NCBI GenBank assembly: GCA_040954595.2
Contig: CM082576.2
Span: 16,725,028 to 16,789,027, forward strand
DNA length: 64,000 nt
Direction: 5' to 3'
From: Balanoglossus misakiensis
Taxonomy: Eukaryota; Animalia; Hemichordata
Numbering within the stretch: position 1 is the stretch's first letter; each line of letters starts with the position of its first letter. The notes beneath the pieces were generated by a model. That model worked only from the letters and a program-made list of their open reading frames with translations, was not told the origin of the DNA and searched no databases. The position numbers and the translations under genes were made by a program. This document shows positions 15,001-30,000 of the stretch, one piece after another.

Positions 15001-18000
15001 AACGAAGACACATGTTTTGTTAGTAACTATGAAAACTTTGGTGGACAAACCAAATGATTTACATGTGAAACAGACTTTGGGCAACATGCAAATGATAAGA
15101 GAGAGACCAATGACCATTATTGGGAAAATGTCTGTGCACTCTACTCCAAACGATCTACAACTGCACAAAGTGATAGATCATTGTACATTATGTATTTGTA
15201 GAGGATGGTATTTATTTCTGGCTACATTGCAACAGACAGACTCACTTGCACATTTTGATGACAGTTTCAACCTCACCACTTTTGGCTGCCTGAATTGCAA
15301 GCTGACCTTTCAACTCATCTGCAGATACTCCAAGTAACTCTGCAAGTCTGTACAATGAAAGATGAAAATATGATGTTAATGTAATCACAATTCCAAGCGT
15401 ATTAGTTTCCAAATAAATAGAAAGTTCATGACAGAGTGCCTATATTTGTTTCCATACTTTTCACCGTATGCAAAACATGTGGGGCTTTCTCGATCTCAGT
15501 CTGTCTGTCTTTTGTGTCAAAGATTCTACAAAAAACAGCTGATCTAACTCTGGTGAACTAGTACATTGAATTACTAGACAGATTCAAACCAAATTTGGAA
15601 TGAAGACTGCAACAGAACCCCTAATCTGATTAAAATCGGATATAGTGTGAGGTGCAGCATAAAAGATTACACAAATATAAAACAAAAATCAAGATTTAAA
15701 CAATTATTCTACCTATATAGTTTTTGAGAGGTGAAACTGTTCTGAGCTCCAGTTTTTCTCTCAATATCTTCCAGGCTAGCCTGTGGAGAAAATGACACAT
15801 TCTGATTAATTCAGTGTCATCTTGGCTGTAAGATTGAGGGCTTCTCTCATTTTGGAAACATATGCATGGCCTGCCAAACACCAAAAGGTGTGGGACAACA
15901 TCCAATTATACCACTTTCTGATCACTCATTAGGGGGCTGGTGATAATTAAGATATACACACAGTAAATGCAACTACAGTACATGTAATTGTGCTTGGCCT
16001 CAACCCCTCATCCCTTTAACAAAAGTATGGAAGTGCGAAAATCCAATGAAGACTCTTTCTGTATCAGTATTACTTCATATAAACAAATGTATAAACAAAT
16101 GAGATGAACACTTTCCCACCAAAGTTGGAGGAATGCATCACAGCAACTTTTTTTGGAAGCCACGGTTTCTATTCTGCTGTATTCACAGGTGGCCAGCATT
16201 CCCCCCTAAAAAAACACTGCAACCCCAAATGGGTTATCCCTTACTTCTTTATTTTAAAAAAATGTGTAAAATGTTCAATTACTCAGACTCTAGCCGTATG
16301 GCATCCACTTTACCTTTGGCTGTACATGTTGCAAAATCTAAAGACAGTGTGACAACCCATTACAATTACTTAATGCAATAGTTTGTTTATACTTTTCTTT
16401 TTGTGTGTTTTTTCTGTTGAACTCATTGTCTTACCTTATCAGTACATTGTTGATTTTTTTCACTGAAGACCAACAATGCATAATCACGAAGATGTAGCAC
16501 TCTCATCGACTCATCTCTGTAATCCTCGAGTGACAGAAATTTGTTAAATTCCACCTTGTTACGAAAAGTGAAAAAAAATACAAAAAATTAATAACTCAGT
16601 CACTTTCATTTGTATTTACTATAAATTAGCAAGAATATAAAATGATATTATTAAAAATGTCTTTTATCATTGATGGCATCAACTAGAGTGTTCACAGGTC
16701 ACCTGTACCAGAACTTGGCATACCTGTTAATTATGTGAAACCATATCCATGCAACAAGTTTTATAACAAAGTCAAAATTAGGTAATTCCTCAGAGCATTT
16801 TCAATGATCGTTTATGGAAAGAGCAGCTTGTTTCTCATCTTTGTAATGAAAAGGAAATTTCTTGCCTTGCAATGAAAAGAAACTTATCTCAACTAGTAGT
16901 TGAACTTAAAATGATAATCACAAACACTGTTAGATGCAAAGTATCAAGTCACATCTGTACTTTACATCTGTACTAAAATCGTTCCCTGATTGGATGAAAT
17001 GCTTCAAATTTACTATTGCATTGTTAGAGGATACGGGTGTTAAAATAGAGAATGCTAACTCAGACCTGGAGGTTGGAGATACATTTCAAATCATGGAGAG
17101 TGGCTTGTAGTTCTTCTATTTCTGCAGGTTCCAGTCCTTTATTGAGTAGAAATCTCGCTACAGACACTGCGGCTTTCGTTACAGTAATCTTTTCTCTGTT
17201 TTCATCCTAGATGTGTAATTCAGAATCAGAGACACAATGAAGTTTATGAGGCATCCAGTATTGCATAACTCTTCAATCTGCAATCACTACTTTCAAATTA
17301 TGTTTACCACCTAAAGTTGGGTATGAAACATAATGTCTGGTTTGGTGTGGCCAGAGTGCTTGTTCATGGGTCACCAGACTTCATATTTGATATAGCACAT
17401 TGATTACATTATATTATACCTGGTTTGTTTTACACTTTTAAATAATGGGAAAAAATATTGAACAATGTAACAAAAATAATTTCAAGAATTCTGACTGAAA
17501 GCGCCTTGGCTTGTGTATATTGGAAAGACAAACATTTACTGGTAATATTTAAAATGAGATAACACCAATTTGAAGGCTTGCCAAGTACATTTTGTATCTA
17601 CACCTAAAACAAATGTAGGGTCTTCTGCTGCATGCTGGAACTGAAATCACATATGGATGGTCCTTTTAATGTGCAAACACATTTTTGAGTAATCTCTTAA
17701 AAGTATAACGAAGCTTACTTCAATAAACTCCCCATCTGCATCATCATCCAACTCATTCTGTAGAATAACGTGTGTCCATGTCAGTAGTCTTCTTGCACAT
17801 CTCAAACTTTCATCGCTGCTCAGTGATTTCAGCAAGTCAATACAATCTGCAACCTGTAGGGGAAAACAATTGTCATTTGCAGGTTCTGTACCAATGGTTT
17901 TTCACAAAACATGATCCTGATATAAAAGTTATAGTGGCATTCATATTTCCAAAAACCCACCCTAGCATGTATTCATTTCATTATCCATACTTCAAGTTTT

Positions 18001-21000
18001 CTGTACAGTAAAACCTGTCTAAAGTGGACAGCAAAGGGACAGAAAATATTGCTCGGTTTGCAGAGGTGTCCGGTTCATAATCATAGCATTTCTTGTAACA
18101 TGTGGTTTTATGTGAACGGGACAGGAAGGGTGTTCGGTATAGAAAGGTTTCCAGATAAGACAGGGTTTGGTTTAGACGGTTTAACTGTTCACGGTATTAA
18201 TTGAGTTGAGTTTGTTGTGTGGCCAAAAGTTGAAAGGGAAATTTCAGGTGGAAATATGGAAAACCACAGTACTTAGGTATTGCTTAAAGAGACGAAGTCT
18301 CTCTCTCACTGCCCTTTTGCCATTATGTCAGATACAAGACACCGTTTATGCTGTCTACATGTGGATATATAGTGAATGAACGTTTGACCACACACAACGT
18401 CCATTCCGCTTGTATGATATGAGAGTAAAAACTCGCCCAAAATGAATAAACGGTAAGGACCGATTATTTGAGTTTTTTCACTCTCGTGTCTACAAGCAGG
18501 ATCTGATGGAAGGTGTGTGTGGTTGAACGTTGATTCAGTATATACATCCACATGTAGAATAACATAAACGGTGTCTTGTATCAAACATAATTAATGGCAA
18601 AAGGGCAGCGAGAGAGAGACTTCGTACATCCACATGTAGAATAATATAAACAGAGTCTTGTATCAAACATAATTTATGGAAAAAGGACAGTGAAAGAGAG
18701 AGACTTTGTCCCTTTAATATTCAGTGGCACAGACTTGCGGCTTGCCTCATACATTATTGTTCAGCACCATAGCACTGATTGGGGATTGTGAGCAGTTAGA
18801 TTGCGATGAGGCCCTCAAGCCATTATGTTCATATGGAGTTGTAAAGTAATGTCAATAATAAATGTTAAAATAAATCTAAAAAGACTCACCCTCCCATGAT
18901 GAACTAGAAATCGAAGTCGGAACATGTAGACATCTTCTGTTTTCTCCCGAGAATAAGCTTTAGTAACTTGTAGAGCATCAGTCATAGATGTTGGACTGTC
19001 TACACTTAACACAAACTTCCATAGATTCTGAGAAAAAAAAAGCCAATATGTAAATTAACTCTATTTGATAGATATAGAAAATTGATAGACAAAGAAAGAT
19101 CCAGAACAAGGCAGAGCACACAGATATTGCGGGAAGAGTCAGGGAGAAGAAACTGATTACCAGGGAAATCAGAGAGCTCAAAAACACAGAATGGGGAGTG
19201 ATCGAGATTGCAGACCGAGAGCACAGATTGAAATTTACGACATCTGACATTGCCTTGTAACACTGTAAATTAAAGGAACAAAGTCTCTCTCTCGTGGATA
19301 TATACATGTAGTGAATGAACGTTCAACCACGTACATAGTCCATCCTGTTTGTAGGATATGAGAGTAAAAGTCTCGCCAAAATGAATAAACGGTAAACACC
19401 AATTATTCATTTTGGCAAGTTTTTCAATCTTGTGTCTTCAAGTGAGATGGAAGTTGTGTGTGGTCGAACATTAATTCACTATATATCCACATGTAGAATA
19501 ACATAAACAGTGTCTTGTATCAAACATAATTAATGGAAAAAGGGCAGCGAGAGAGAGACTTTGTCCCTTTAAAGAATGATACCTTATAGAAATTGCAATA
19601 ATATGAACAGGGCTTCAATGTAACACTACAGTACCAGTATTTTTTCATGTTCGAGTTATTCACAGTTGCAAAATGGTAACACCACAAATTTATTTTCCAC
19701 GAGTTAATGTGCCGTTGAAAATAAGAGTTTTGTGGCAATCCTATATTACACACATATCTGAAAACAAGTGTGGATCCTTTAATCATTAGAAAATTCATCT
19801 CAAAGTTATTTTTTGAGCACTTACTGCTGCTTGAGACTCATCAGATGTGTTGTAATTATGAATGTCATATTTTAATAGCATCTTCCGCAAATTCACTACA
19901 TCATATTGTTGCTTCAGTTGACTGACTCTGAAATAACAAATACCAAAACAACTGCATTTAATAAACGGGCAAAAACTACATCTTTGGATAAAGAATGTCT
20001 ATCTATACACAAGAACTGCCGTAACCTGAGGCATTATATCATAGAAAACGTTGCCATATTTGTACAGTACAGGATGTATCAATACATATGACGCTGGTGT
20101 GTTCATGTGTGTTATAGAGAGCATACATGTGCAAATTGTCCAAAATGTTGTTCTATTTTTAGTTGCATGCAAATTTCTCAAAATTTGGCAGCAATGTTAT
20201 TTCAACTGTGCATTTCCATTCATATTATTGTGCATCTCTTCAACCCCCAAAATACCCTAAAATGACATAAAATGAGCACTTAATGAAGAAAAGCGTATAC
20301 ATGTATGTGAAATTTTAGAGCAACTGGCAAGAGGCTTACATCATATCAAGTATTCAAATTGTTGTATTTTTATATACCTATTGGCAATTGACTTTCTAGA
20401 CGTTAAGCTTATCGTTCTCAAATCTTAAAATACTGGTTCACCCATCCTTTTTTTCACGCTAGTCTTAATGTGCATCTGTATAACAGATTTTATAATGATT
20501 GGAATAATTCAGCCTCTCTGTTTAATAAAATATAATATAATATTTTCTTCCAGAGTGGACCAACTGCAATCTGTCATAATCTGTACATCTGTGCAATTGT
20601 TGTAACGTACACACAATCAGATAATTTAACTCTAAATACACTACCTTGGATGGTCCAGAGCTAAACCTTGTTCAACAACATTTTCCACAATATCATTCCA
20701 GGGTAGAGCAGCTTTTGACATCAGTGATAATAAGGCTTGGCAAAAATACTGAAAAAAATGTATTAAAATGGCTATTTCAGGTCATATTAGTGAAAATGAA
20801 ACTAGTGCGCAGATGAAACAAGATGATTTGCCAAGGGTTCAAGAATAAACACGTTGTTTGAAAACCAGTATGCACATGTAATTAAATTTAAACGTTATTA
20901 ACGCACAGCTGATATCAACCATGGCGTCCATCTGAATACTTTGATAGGCAAGAGTAGGGCAATTTTCCACTGCAAAATTTGGAAAAATTTTAGGTCCCAA

Positions 21001-24000
21001 ATTGTCTACCATCAACCAATGATCAGCACATATTGCATAACTTTCAATAATCAAGTACAGGCCAACTGATTTTTCAAATAGATGTTTCCTACAATACCGA
21101 TGATGTATAAGCTTCCAAACTGTAAATTCAATACAGTCATCCTATAGCCCGACTTCACGCATGTTTCAGATAATTACATGTTAGTAATAAGTGATGGTGA
21201 AGTACATATACACGTATTTGTTCAACTTACATCAAGATCTTTGATGCACTGAATAACAGCAACTGCTCTGCCTTCCCATGATGCTTCGTAGGAGTATGAT
21301 GATACATCACCACTACGCTCAATCAGATCCTACAATTGATAACATAGCATCAAGGACACTGGTGGATTGCACAGAAATACACCAGTGTGCCCTCTAAGCC
21401 CATATGATGCGCCACTGACTCAACAAACTCACTGGTGACCCAAGAAAATTATCCAAAGTACATGCAAAGGTCTAGGGCTGACTCAGAAAAATTTCTAGAA
21501 ATTCTAAAATAGACTCTAAGCTTTGAAAAGTTAAGTTTGTTAGAGGGCACGCTGGTGTACACCAGAATCAAAATCACATGCAGGTGAAATTGGCAAGTAG
21601 ACATGATCTAACAATACATGTATATAAATACGGATAAGTAAAAATTGTCTAACTGAGATTATTGGAGATATTTAAAGCTAATAACAAATTCTATTGATTT
21701 GCAGTTCATGGGGCTTTAACCATTTCTTATTACTTCCAAAGAGGGTAGGATGAATATATTATGATCAGATAATGAATCATTCAGCCATTCAGGAAATGGA
21801 ATTCATACATTTTTGGTGTTTAAGAATAAATTGTTTTGTATCAGCACAAAATCCACACTTAACCCTTCAACAAAAGACTTGACCATGCAGGATAACCTAC
21901 CCAGCATCATGTATCAACTTCAACTGGATTGAAAATTACCAATAAAACTTATAGGATGAGTGTTTTATAATCAGATAACGAACATAAGAAGTACCTCAAT
22001 GTACTTGAACAAGAGTTCTTCTGCTGGTAGTTTGTGTTGTTTCATATATGGTCTGACCACTTTATCAATACACTGTGGTATCAACTCCGGTGCAGCCACT
22101 CTGTCCAACATTCGAAATGTAATGCTGCTTCTTGTCTCCTGTACACCAATGACATAAAAAATATGCAGAATTATTGTTTCCACTTTAATCCATGGACATA
22201 CATACATAATACAGAATGTGCTAAAGGACAACATCCTAAATGTCTTTAAAAAGGATGTAAGTTCAGTAAACTTGAAAGTATTGTCATTTCTTTTAATTGT
22301 GGATTTTTGGATTATCCTTTGTATGAATAATGAAAATCTGTAATAAAATACATGTATAGGGGTCACCACACTTGTTTCTGAAATACAGAGACATGAATTT
22401 AGTCGATAATAGAAGAAAACTGCTGACTCAGCATTTTTCACCAATGGTTTGTCTATGGGCAAAATATTTAACGAAATTTATCTCAAAATAAAGCGCGGTG
22501 ACCACACGATTTTACTTGACCAATGAATTTATATTTACTGGACTGAGCTATGTGTAAAATTTCGTGAAAATGACAACAGTAGAAGTCTGTTTTCTAGCAA
22601 TTATCAATGTAATCCTATGGGAAAAAGATGGTCCACGCAGTTTTCCGGTTTATGTTCTGCGCGTACATCCTTAATGTGACTCCATTATTAGTAGTATGCA
22701 AGCTGTCGTATTCATAACTTGTACAGAGATCTGTGTTTACACAATATTATTTATTTCGGTTGAAAATGACATTTCTGATAAATGATTCTCTTTATAAACA
22801 GCAGTTTCATGTATGGTTTAACCCAAGGAGCAGTATGTTAATAACATAAAATTGTCCACTGTCTGACCATCATCTAAGTTCTTACCTGCATGAATTCCAC
22901 CAATGTGAAAATATATGAGTAGTTACTCTGAAGACTGATCAGTTCTTTCAATTGCTGAGTCAATTCCTTCAACAGCTTGACACCTTGGATCTTGCACTCC
23001 TGTCCCTGCTCACAAGAAAAGAAAATGAAGTAACTGTTATAATTTAATCAGATATGACTTGGGTGAGAATTCCTGCTTTATAGTGTAGGTATAGATTTGG
23101 CGGGACTGAAGAAATTGTTCGGTTTACAGATGTGTCTGCTTATAGGGTTCTTTTAACATGTCATTCTACATTAAAGGGGGTAGGAAAAGGTGTTTGGCAC
23201 AGACAGGTATATACATTACTCTAGACAGGTTTTACTACACAACCACATACACATGGCTCATAACTGCAAATACAGGTTCTATGTCATTAACAGGCTATTT
23301 ATGATTTTGGCTCTGATCAGGGCTAATGAACTGTTTGCAAATTCATGTCTACTCACATTAAAACTGGCTACTGGTGTGACACTGTATTGCCTTGAATGTC
23401 CATTGTACTTCTGATTGGATTTGAAGTAAATTTCAGCAAGTTCCAATCCATTCATTGGCCAGTTATCCTGTCAAGCCAAAATGAACATTGAAATTAAATT
23501 ATGATCAAACCACTGAAACTTAAAATACCATGAACAGCGTTATTTATCACTCAACCGAAATTTCATTATATCTTTCTATATAATTAAAAAAACAACTACT
23601 GGTGTTGTCCACAGAAATAGCTCTGAAATTACATTTAATTCTTTGTGCCGTGCCCACAAAAATCTTATCAGACCTAGGTGTGATGTACCAAATTCTATTA
23701 ACATTTGGTTCAGTCGTTATAAAATGAAGAGGTAGTAGACAATGTAGTATGCAATATGCAAAAAAGCATGTTAGAATTTCGTAAAGCACCACAAAATGAC
23801 ACTTGTAATAATTCAAATAAAAATGCAAATAGTCTGGAGATATTCGCTCAAGTTATCTTCCCAACTCCATCCTGGATGTGTTCCTGATAGATGAGGAGAT
23901 GCGGGGAGCGGTGCCCTATGGGTCAGTCATAGTGCTCTGTCCACCTGGACTCCTGAGGCATAGCCAGTGGCTGTGCCAGAAAAGTAAATGGTGTGGTAAA

Positions 24001-27000
24001 GTACCCTCCACAGATCAGTTAATCCACAGTGATAGCCATCAGAAGTCTATGTGTTTCATATGATTTAGTACTTGCTATGAATTTTCATATGTTAGTGGTG
24101 GTTATATTGTAATGTTATTTTTTTACCTTCTCCAGAAATTCTAAGTTCCTGACTCTTTTTTCAATCCATAATGCAAGGACATGCAGATTCTGGAAAGACA
24201 AACAATTCATAGATACATGTACTTTATGGTACTGTATGGTAAAGGGTCTCAAACTATTAGATCACAAGATAATGGAAAATACAACTACGCAACAGGATTA
24301 CTAATAATGTCTGCCTCATTTAAATATGAACCAGCACTTTGAACTTGGCCCAGTCATCTGGTATTGATATGTTGAAGGATTATAAGGCCATTTGAAGGAA
24401 TATACCATTCCTACATTTTGACCTTAGATGACCCCTGGAATTAAAGCCACGCCAGCTTTTGGTCATAATAATTTTAACAAACTGTTTTAGAGAAGTTTTT
24501 TTTTAAACAAGAAAGTTGCCCCCCCCCCCCCAACAAAAAATATCATAGCAATTAGACCAGCTTTTTAAAGGGGAAATCCGTCGTAGCTGATTTCTACATA
24601 ATTTGGTAGCTTTGATGTCACTCTTTCAGAAAAAAACATATTCGCCATGTATAGGTCGCGCGATTTTTTACAAAATCTAGGGAAAGTTGGCAGAATTTCC
24701 AATATGGCGTTTACTGTAATTTGAATCATGGGAAAAAAAGCGCCAGGACCAACTTCCGCCCACCATAGTGTGGGTGATACCATTCTCCGATAGCTGTCAC
24801 TGGGCGACAGACTAGGCGTATTTTCATAGCTATTGTTTGTTCTTTGCATCAGTTGATAAACAATCATCAGCAAAGTCGAAAATTTGTCATCTATTGACAG
24901 TTTTCATGAGCTATAACCCATGGAAAATATGCAAATACGCTTAGCTTGTGACGCAGAGACACCAGTCGGAAAATGGTATCACCCAAACTAAGGTGGGCGG
25001 AAGTTGGTCCTGGCGCTTTTTTTCCCATGATTCAAATAAACGCCAGTAAACGCCATATTGGAAATTCTGCCAACTTTCTCTAGATTTTGTAAAAAATCGC
25101 GCGACCTATACATGGCGAATATGTTTTTTTCTGAAAGAGTGACATCAAAGCTACCAAATTATGTAGAAATCAGCTACGACGGATTTCCCCTTTAAGAGAA
25201 AAAGTCAACTGTTAACGGACACTGGTTGGAAAGGCAGATTGACAACAGACGCTTAAAGACATCCACAATATCTGATAGGCTCCTTATCGCTATAAATGGA
25301 GCTAAACATAGTGGTCCCTGATGTTTTATCATTGCAACATACAACTCAAACTTAGAGAGCCCGTTTAGCAGATTTGCCCCTCAGCCATTACTGCCACCAA
25401 ATCACTTCTTATCGCAGCTGTACACAAATGCATGTCAGATACTCTCCTTGGCATAGACTTACTCTCAAAGAGAGTTGACCGCAGTCCTTGCAGCAGTTCA
25501 GAGTCATACTCATCACACAGGTTGTGGTGTCACCACGTTCAAGTGTAAATTATTAACAGCTTTCAACAGAGGTGAATGGCTTTCAAAATCTCACTCAACA
25601 GCAAGAAGACAGACCAAATGCCTCATAAAGAAGAAGAACATAAGTCAGTTTGATCACAGCAGGACAGGCAAGGACCACTCATAAACCAATTCGTTAGGTA
25701 CCACAATAAAAAAAAAAATAAGCTTTGATCAAAATCTCATTATTTTCCTCCAGGCGAAAATGACACGACCATTCAGACTGCAATATGCAAAGTGATGTAA
25801 ACGATCTTGAATAGTTTACCAACCTGACCATTTGGTTGAAGTCCCTTCACAAATGGTATCAGATCATCTCTGAGCCACGGAATCATGTCAATGGACTTCA
25901 CAGATTCAGGAACTGCTAACAGCACTTCACTTAAAGTCTCTTTTGTGAACTTCTCTTCAAATTCATCCTGTATAGTAACAGTTTTTATGCAAAGGATGAC
26001 AATTATCATAATGTTTACTAAATACAGACAGAGATGCAACATCACGAGTAATAGAGCTCCACTCTGATATTTGACATTAACAGATTAACATGGAGTTCAT
26101 GTTAATTTTCTTAAACCATACATTGCAAATTAATTATCTTGATACAGTCGTGTACGAGCCAATCGGGACAAATGGATCCCCAAATACTAAGGGACTAAAT
26201 TTCAAAGTTCTAACAGATAAAAGTTACTATTGAGAAGACTTGTGAACAAAGAATTTGCCTTTACAGTTTATTAAAATATCTGATAAATATCCATTTACCA
26301 CCATGAACATTAATTACCCAATCCTAAATCCTTACAAGGCTGGCTGGGGAGGCCATGCAACCCAAAAAGCAATAAACTTACAAATAAAAAAAAATAAAGA
26401 TGAATAAAACATATCTCAATATACCTGGTGTCTTTTCCACAATGTTGCAGCTTTACAAATGGAGCCTTGTCTTAACAAGTCAATGCACTCTGGTAGTAAG
26501 TCACCAAGATGGAACTTATCCCATCTGGAAGCACTGTACAAACAAAATGAACAGTCACAGTAGAATAATTTATTCTCAGTATTCTCTAGCTAGCACTCAT
26601 GTTCTGCCAAAATATAATGCCTGTTCTTTCCACAAGAGTTGAATACAAGGCTACTGAAAGCAAATTATTTTAATGACGTGCATGTAGTCCCGACTGGATC
26701 TGAAAATTCAGCAAATATGACTCTGAGAAAGTCAAAGTGGCATTAACAAAAATAGGCCAAGCATGCCTGAGTACAAGTACTGAACACTGGACTAAAAAGA
26801 TCCCCAGGTACCATGAATCACAAAATAATTACCAAGCAAAAGTTGATGAGCATATATGTTAATGTGTGCGCATACATGTATACTGGGTATGTGATAACCG
26901 CAAGTCTCATGACACTAAACATCTGAGTTACTGTATAATTCAAGATCTCCCACATTTTCATGAAAATCATTTATTCTAGCTATACATTAGAATAACGCTT

Positions 27001-30000
27001 CAGTATCTAGAAATTTTTTGTTAAGCATATGGCCTATATGTTGGCCAACTGTCGTAGACGCTTCAGTTGCAATAACTTGATAAGTTGCCCACACACGTCT
27101 GGTTACTGGAATAGCTGCATCTGTTGCTAACTAGAGTGCTCTAATCAATAATGCAAGACTTCATTTTCGATTCAAACACCGTGCAAATTAGATGTAGCTC
27201 ATTGGGGACACACCATGGTTGCCACTTATGGGGATGGATGGAAAAACCGGCACATTGTATAAATACTATACCTGAATTCCTTTGTTCCATATGTCATGAC
27301 AAAAGTATCCAGTCTGCGTTGCACTTTGTATAAATTGGTCAGTCTCTCTGTCAGTGCTTTGGATTGACTGCCTGAATGGTTTATCTTACTTCCAAGACAT
27401 TTGGAAACCTAAAAAATGTATTATTGTGAATGTTTTACTGCTTAGAGGGAGAAAGTCTCTCTCTCGCTGTATGTTTGATACAAGACACCGTTTATGTTAT
27501 TCTACATGTGGATATACAGTGAATTAATGTTCGACCACACGCAACTTCCATCCCACTTGTCTACATGAGAGTGGAAGACTCGCCAAAATAAATAATCGGT
27601 CTCTACCGTGTATTCATTTTGGTGAGATTTTTACTCTTATCCTACAAACAGGGTGGAAGTTGTGTGTTGTCGAACGTTGATTCACTATATATCCACATGT
27701 AGAATAACATAAACAGTGTCTTGTATCAAACATAATTAATGGAAAAAGAGCAGTGAGAAAGAGACATTCTCCCTTTAATATTTCCAGTGAAAACTTTCCT
27801 ACTGAAATAAACATGGTATCATTTTGCCACAAGAAGTATAATACATGTAAGTTAGCAAGGCAGATTTCAGTTAGCCAATCAAAATCATCTTCACAAACAA
27901 CAATTTGTGTGCTTTCTCTAAGCTTGGTGCATAACAAAAATTCTGTATTTTGTCTGTACTGACTCATATACATGTAGTACGCTGTCAGGCAGTGAATTAC
28001 GAAATGCAGATGTCTGTGGCCTCAGCTAAATGCTTAAATTTCTGGATGTAAACTTCTGACTAACTGTTTGCATGAATCTTCTAAAACATTGAAGTTGATC
28101 ATTTTGGGGAATGGGTACAGCTCAAGTTTGCATACATCGTTTCGACAATGCCACTAAAGCATGAAATGATCCGCCATGAGATTTGAATGAGAAGAAAATG
28201 TTCATGCTGCCTGGCTTGTCCTGTGTGTTCTGTAAAGTCATTACAGAGGCCAAACTCAATATTAGCCATTTTATATAACTGTCACTTGAAAAGATTTACT
28301 TTGGTGATACATAAATTTTTCGATATCATATGACGTCAGATGCCAGTTACGTTGGCATTCAAATTTCCAGATGACGGGCAACTTCAACAATGTGGTCCAG
28401 ACAGAGGCTGTGCAGACGAAATGCAATGAGGCTGATCAGGCACCATATCTGATACATGTTACGTGTCTGACAGTTCTAAAGTAAAAACATACTCGGAAAA
28501 AACTTTTACTGGATGCCGAAATAATATTGTTTGCCCGTCACCTGGAAATGACAACGCCGTGTGTCACACGGCTAGATCACGTGATTGATAGTTAAGAACA
28601 GAGCTGCTATTTTATAAAATGGAATTCCAAAAATATGGAATGATTCCATTCCAAGGATCTGCATAGAAACGTCATACTTACCCGTGACCTGACATAGCTC
28701 AGTAATTGGCAGGTATTCTCATAACAGGGGAAAGTGGCTACCATACATATGTCTACCACTTTCTCAATGTCGGTGATATGTTCCAGACAGTCCATCAAAG
28801 ATTCAAACAACTTAGGGATGTCAAGGTTCAGATGATTAGACCATGGCGACACTACATCTATAATGGATCCACTTTTCACAATATACACATCCTAACAACA
28901 AAGTGAAAATGGTACATTAACCCTAATGCTGCCAAGTGTGTTATTCAGTAGGGCCTATACAAGACCCTCAGACCAATACAGAGCAAACCAGTATGATTTG
29001 GTACATTTTACAGGGGGCTCAGACTGCCAAGTGGGTCTAAGTACGTATGAGAGCCATGTCAAGACAGTCAAAATACGTTTTAGAAGAAAAAGTGGCAAAT
29101 AAGTATTTTAAGGGACTTGGCACTCTAAACAGGTTTGACACCCAGTAGCATTAGGGTTAAATTGAATTAACTAAAAAGGTAATAGGCAGAACCTGGAATT
29201 AGCATTTCCAGGAGCATACAGAATCCAGATAAAATGAGAATCTACACTGTGACTTATGTGCCAAAATGAAGTGTTAGTACTGCTGTTTATTTGTACATTT
29301 AACCCTTTCACCCCCTGGTCAAGTCCAACCCCAATGGCAAAAGGGAAGTGGGGGTAAAAGTTAAAGGTATACGGTCACCTATACAAATTTAGCCACAATT
29401 ACCATGGTAAATCGAGATCTAACCAATCACAGATTTTCAGTGAGTGGCACACGCGAAAATAAAGTGTTCTTTAGAACACTCAAATACGCCATTTCAACTA
29501 TATATGGCGATATGTAAATTGGAGGTGACCGTATACCTTTAAAGGGCACAGTGGATAATTTCACACATTACCTCAACATCCAAGTCAAACTGCTTGGCAA
29601 ACTGGATAGCATCTTCAAATCTTCTCTTGTGTAATAATTTATGAAATCTAGTTTCAGGCAAGGCTTCCATGAGATAGCGCAAATGTAATGCACTAACAAA
29701 GTCTTCTCCATCCTCTTGAACACCTTCAACCAGATATATTCCATCCTGCAATCGTAATATTTATTAAAATTTTAGAGCAATTGAGACAAGAGGCGTTCCC
29801 ACAGAATGATGATGTATACTGTAAAACAGGAATTTGTTGTGTTAAAATAGGTAACTGTTACACAAGGATTAATTTTCGCATTCTCGTATTTCTCTGCATC
29901 TGTATCTCTGGAAAAAATATATATTGCTCGCGAAAATAACCTGTTGTACAGTATACCGGTATAACATTTAGAGTTCCCTCTCAGGTTTCAAGAAGTGCAA

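Noticed and set aside
25200-25700. Coding-looking intronic stretch (also 23840-24060)
   Set aside because: The KNTC1 exon chain is complete without it and no motif was recognised; probably old repeat debris.
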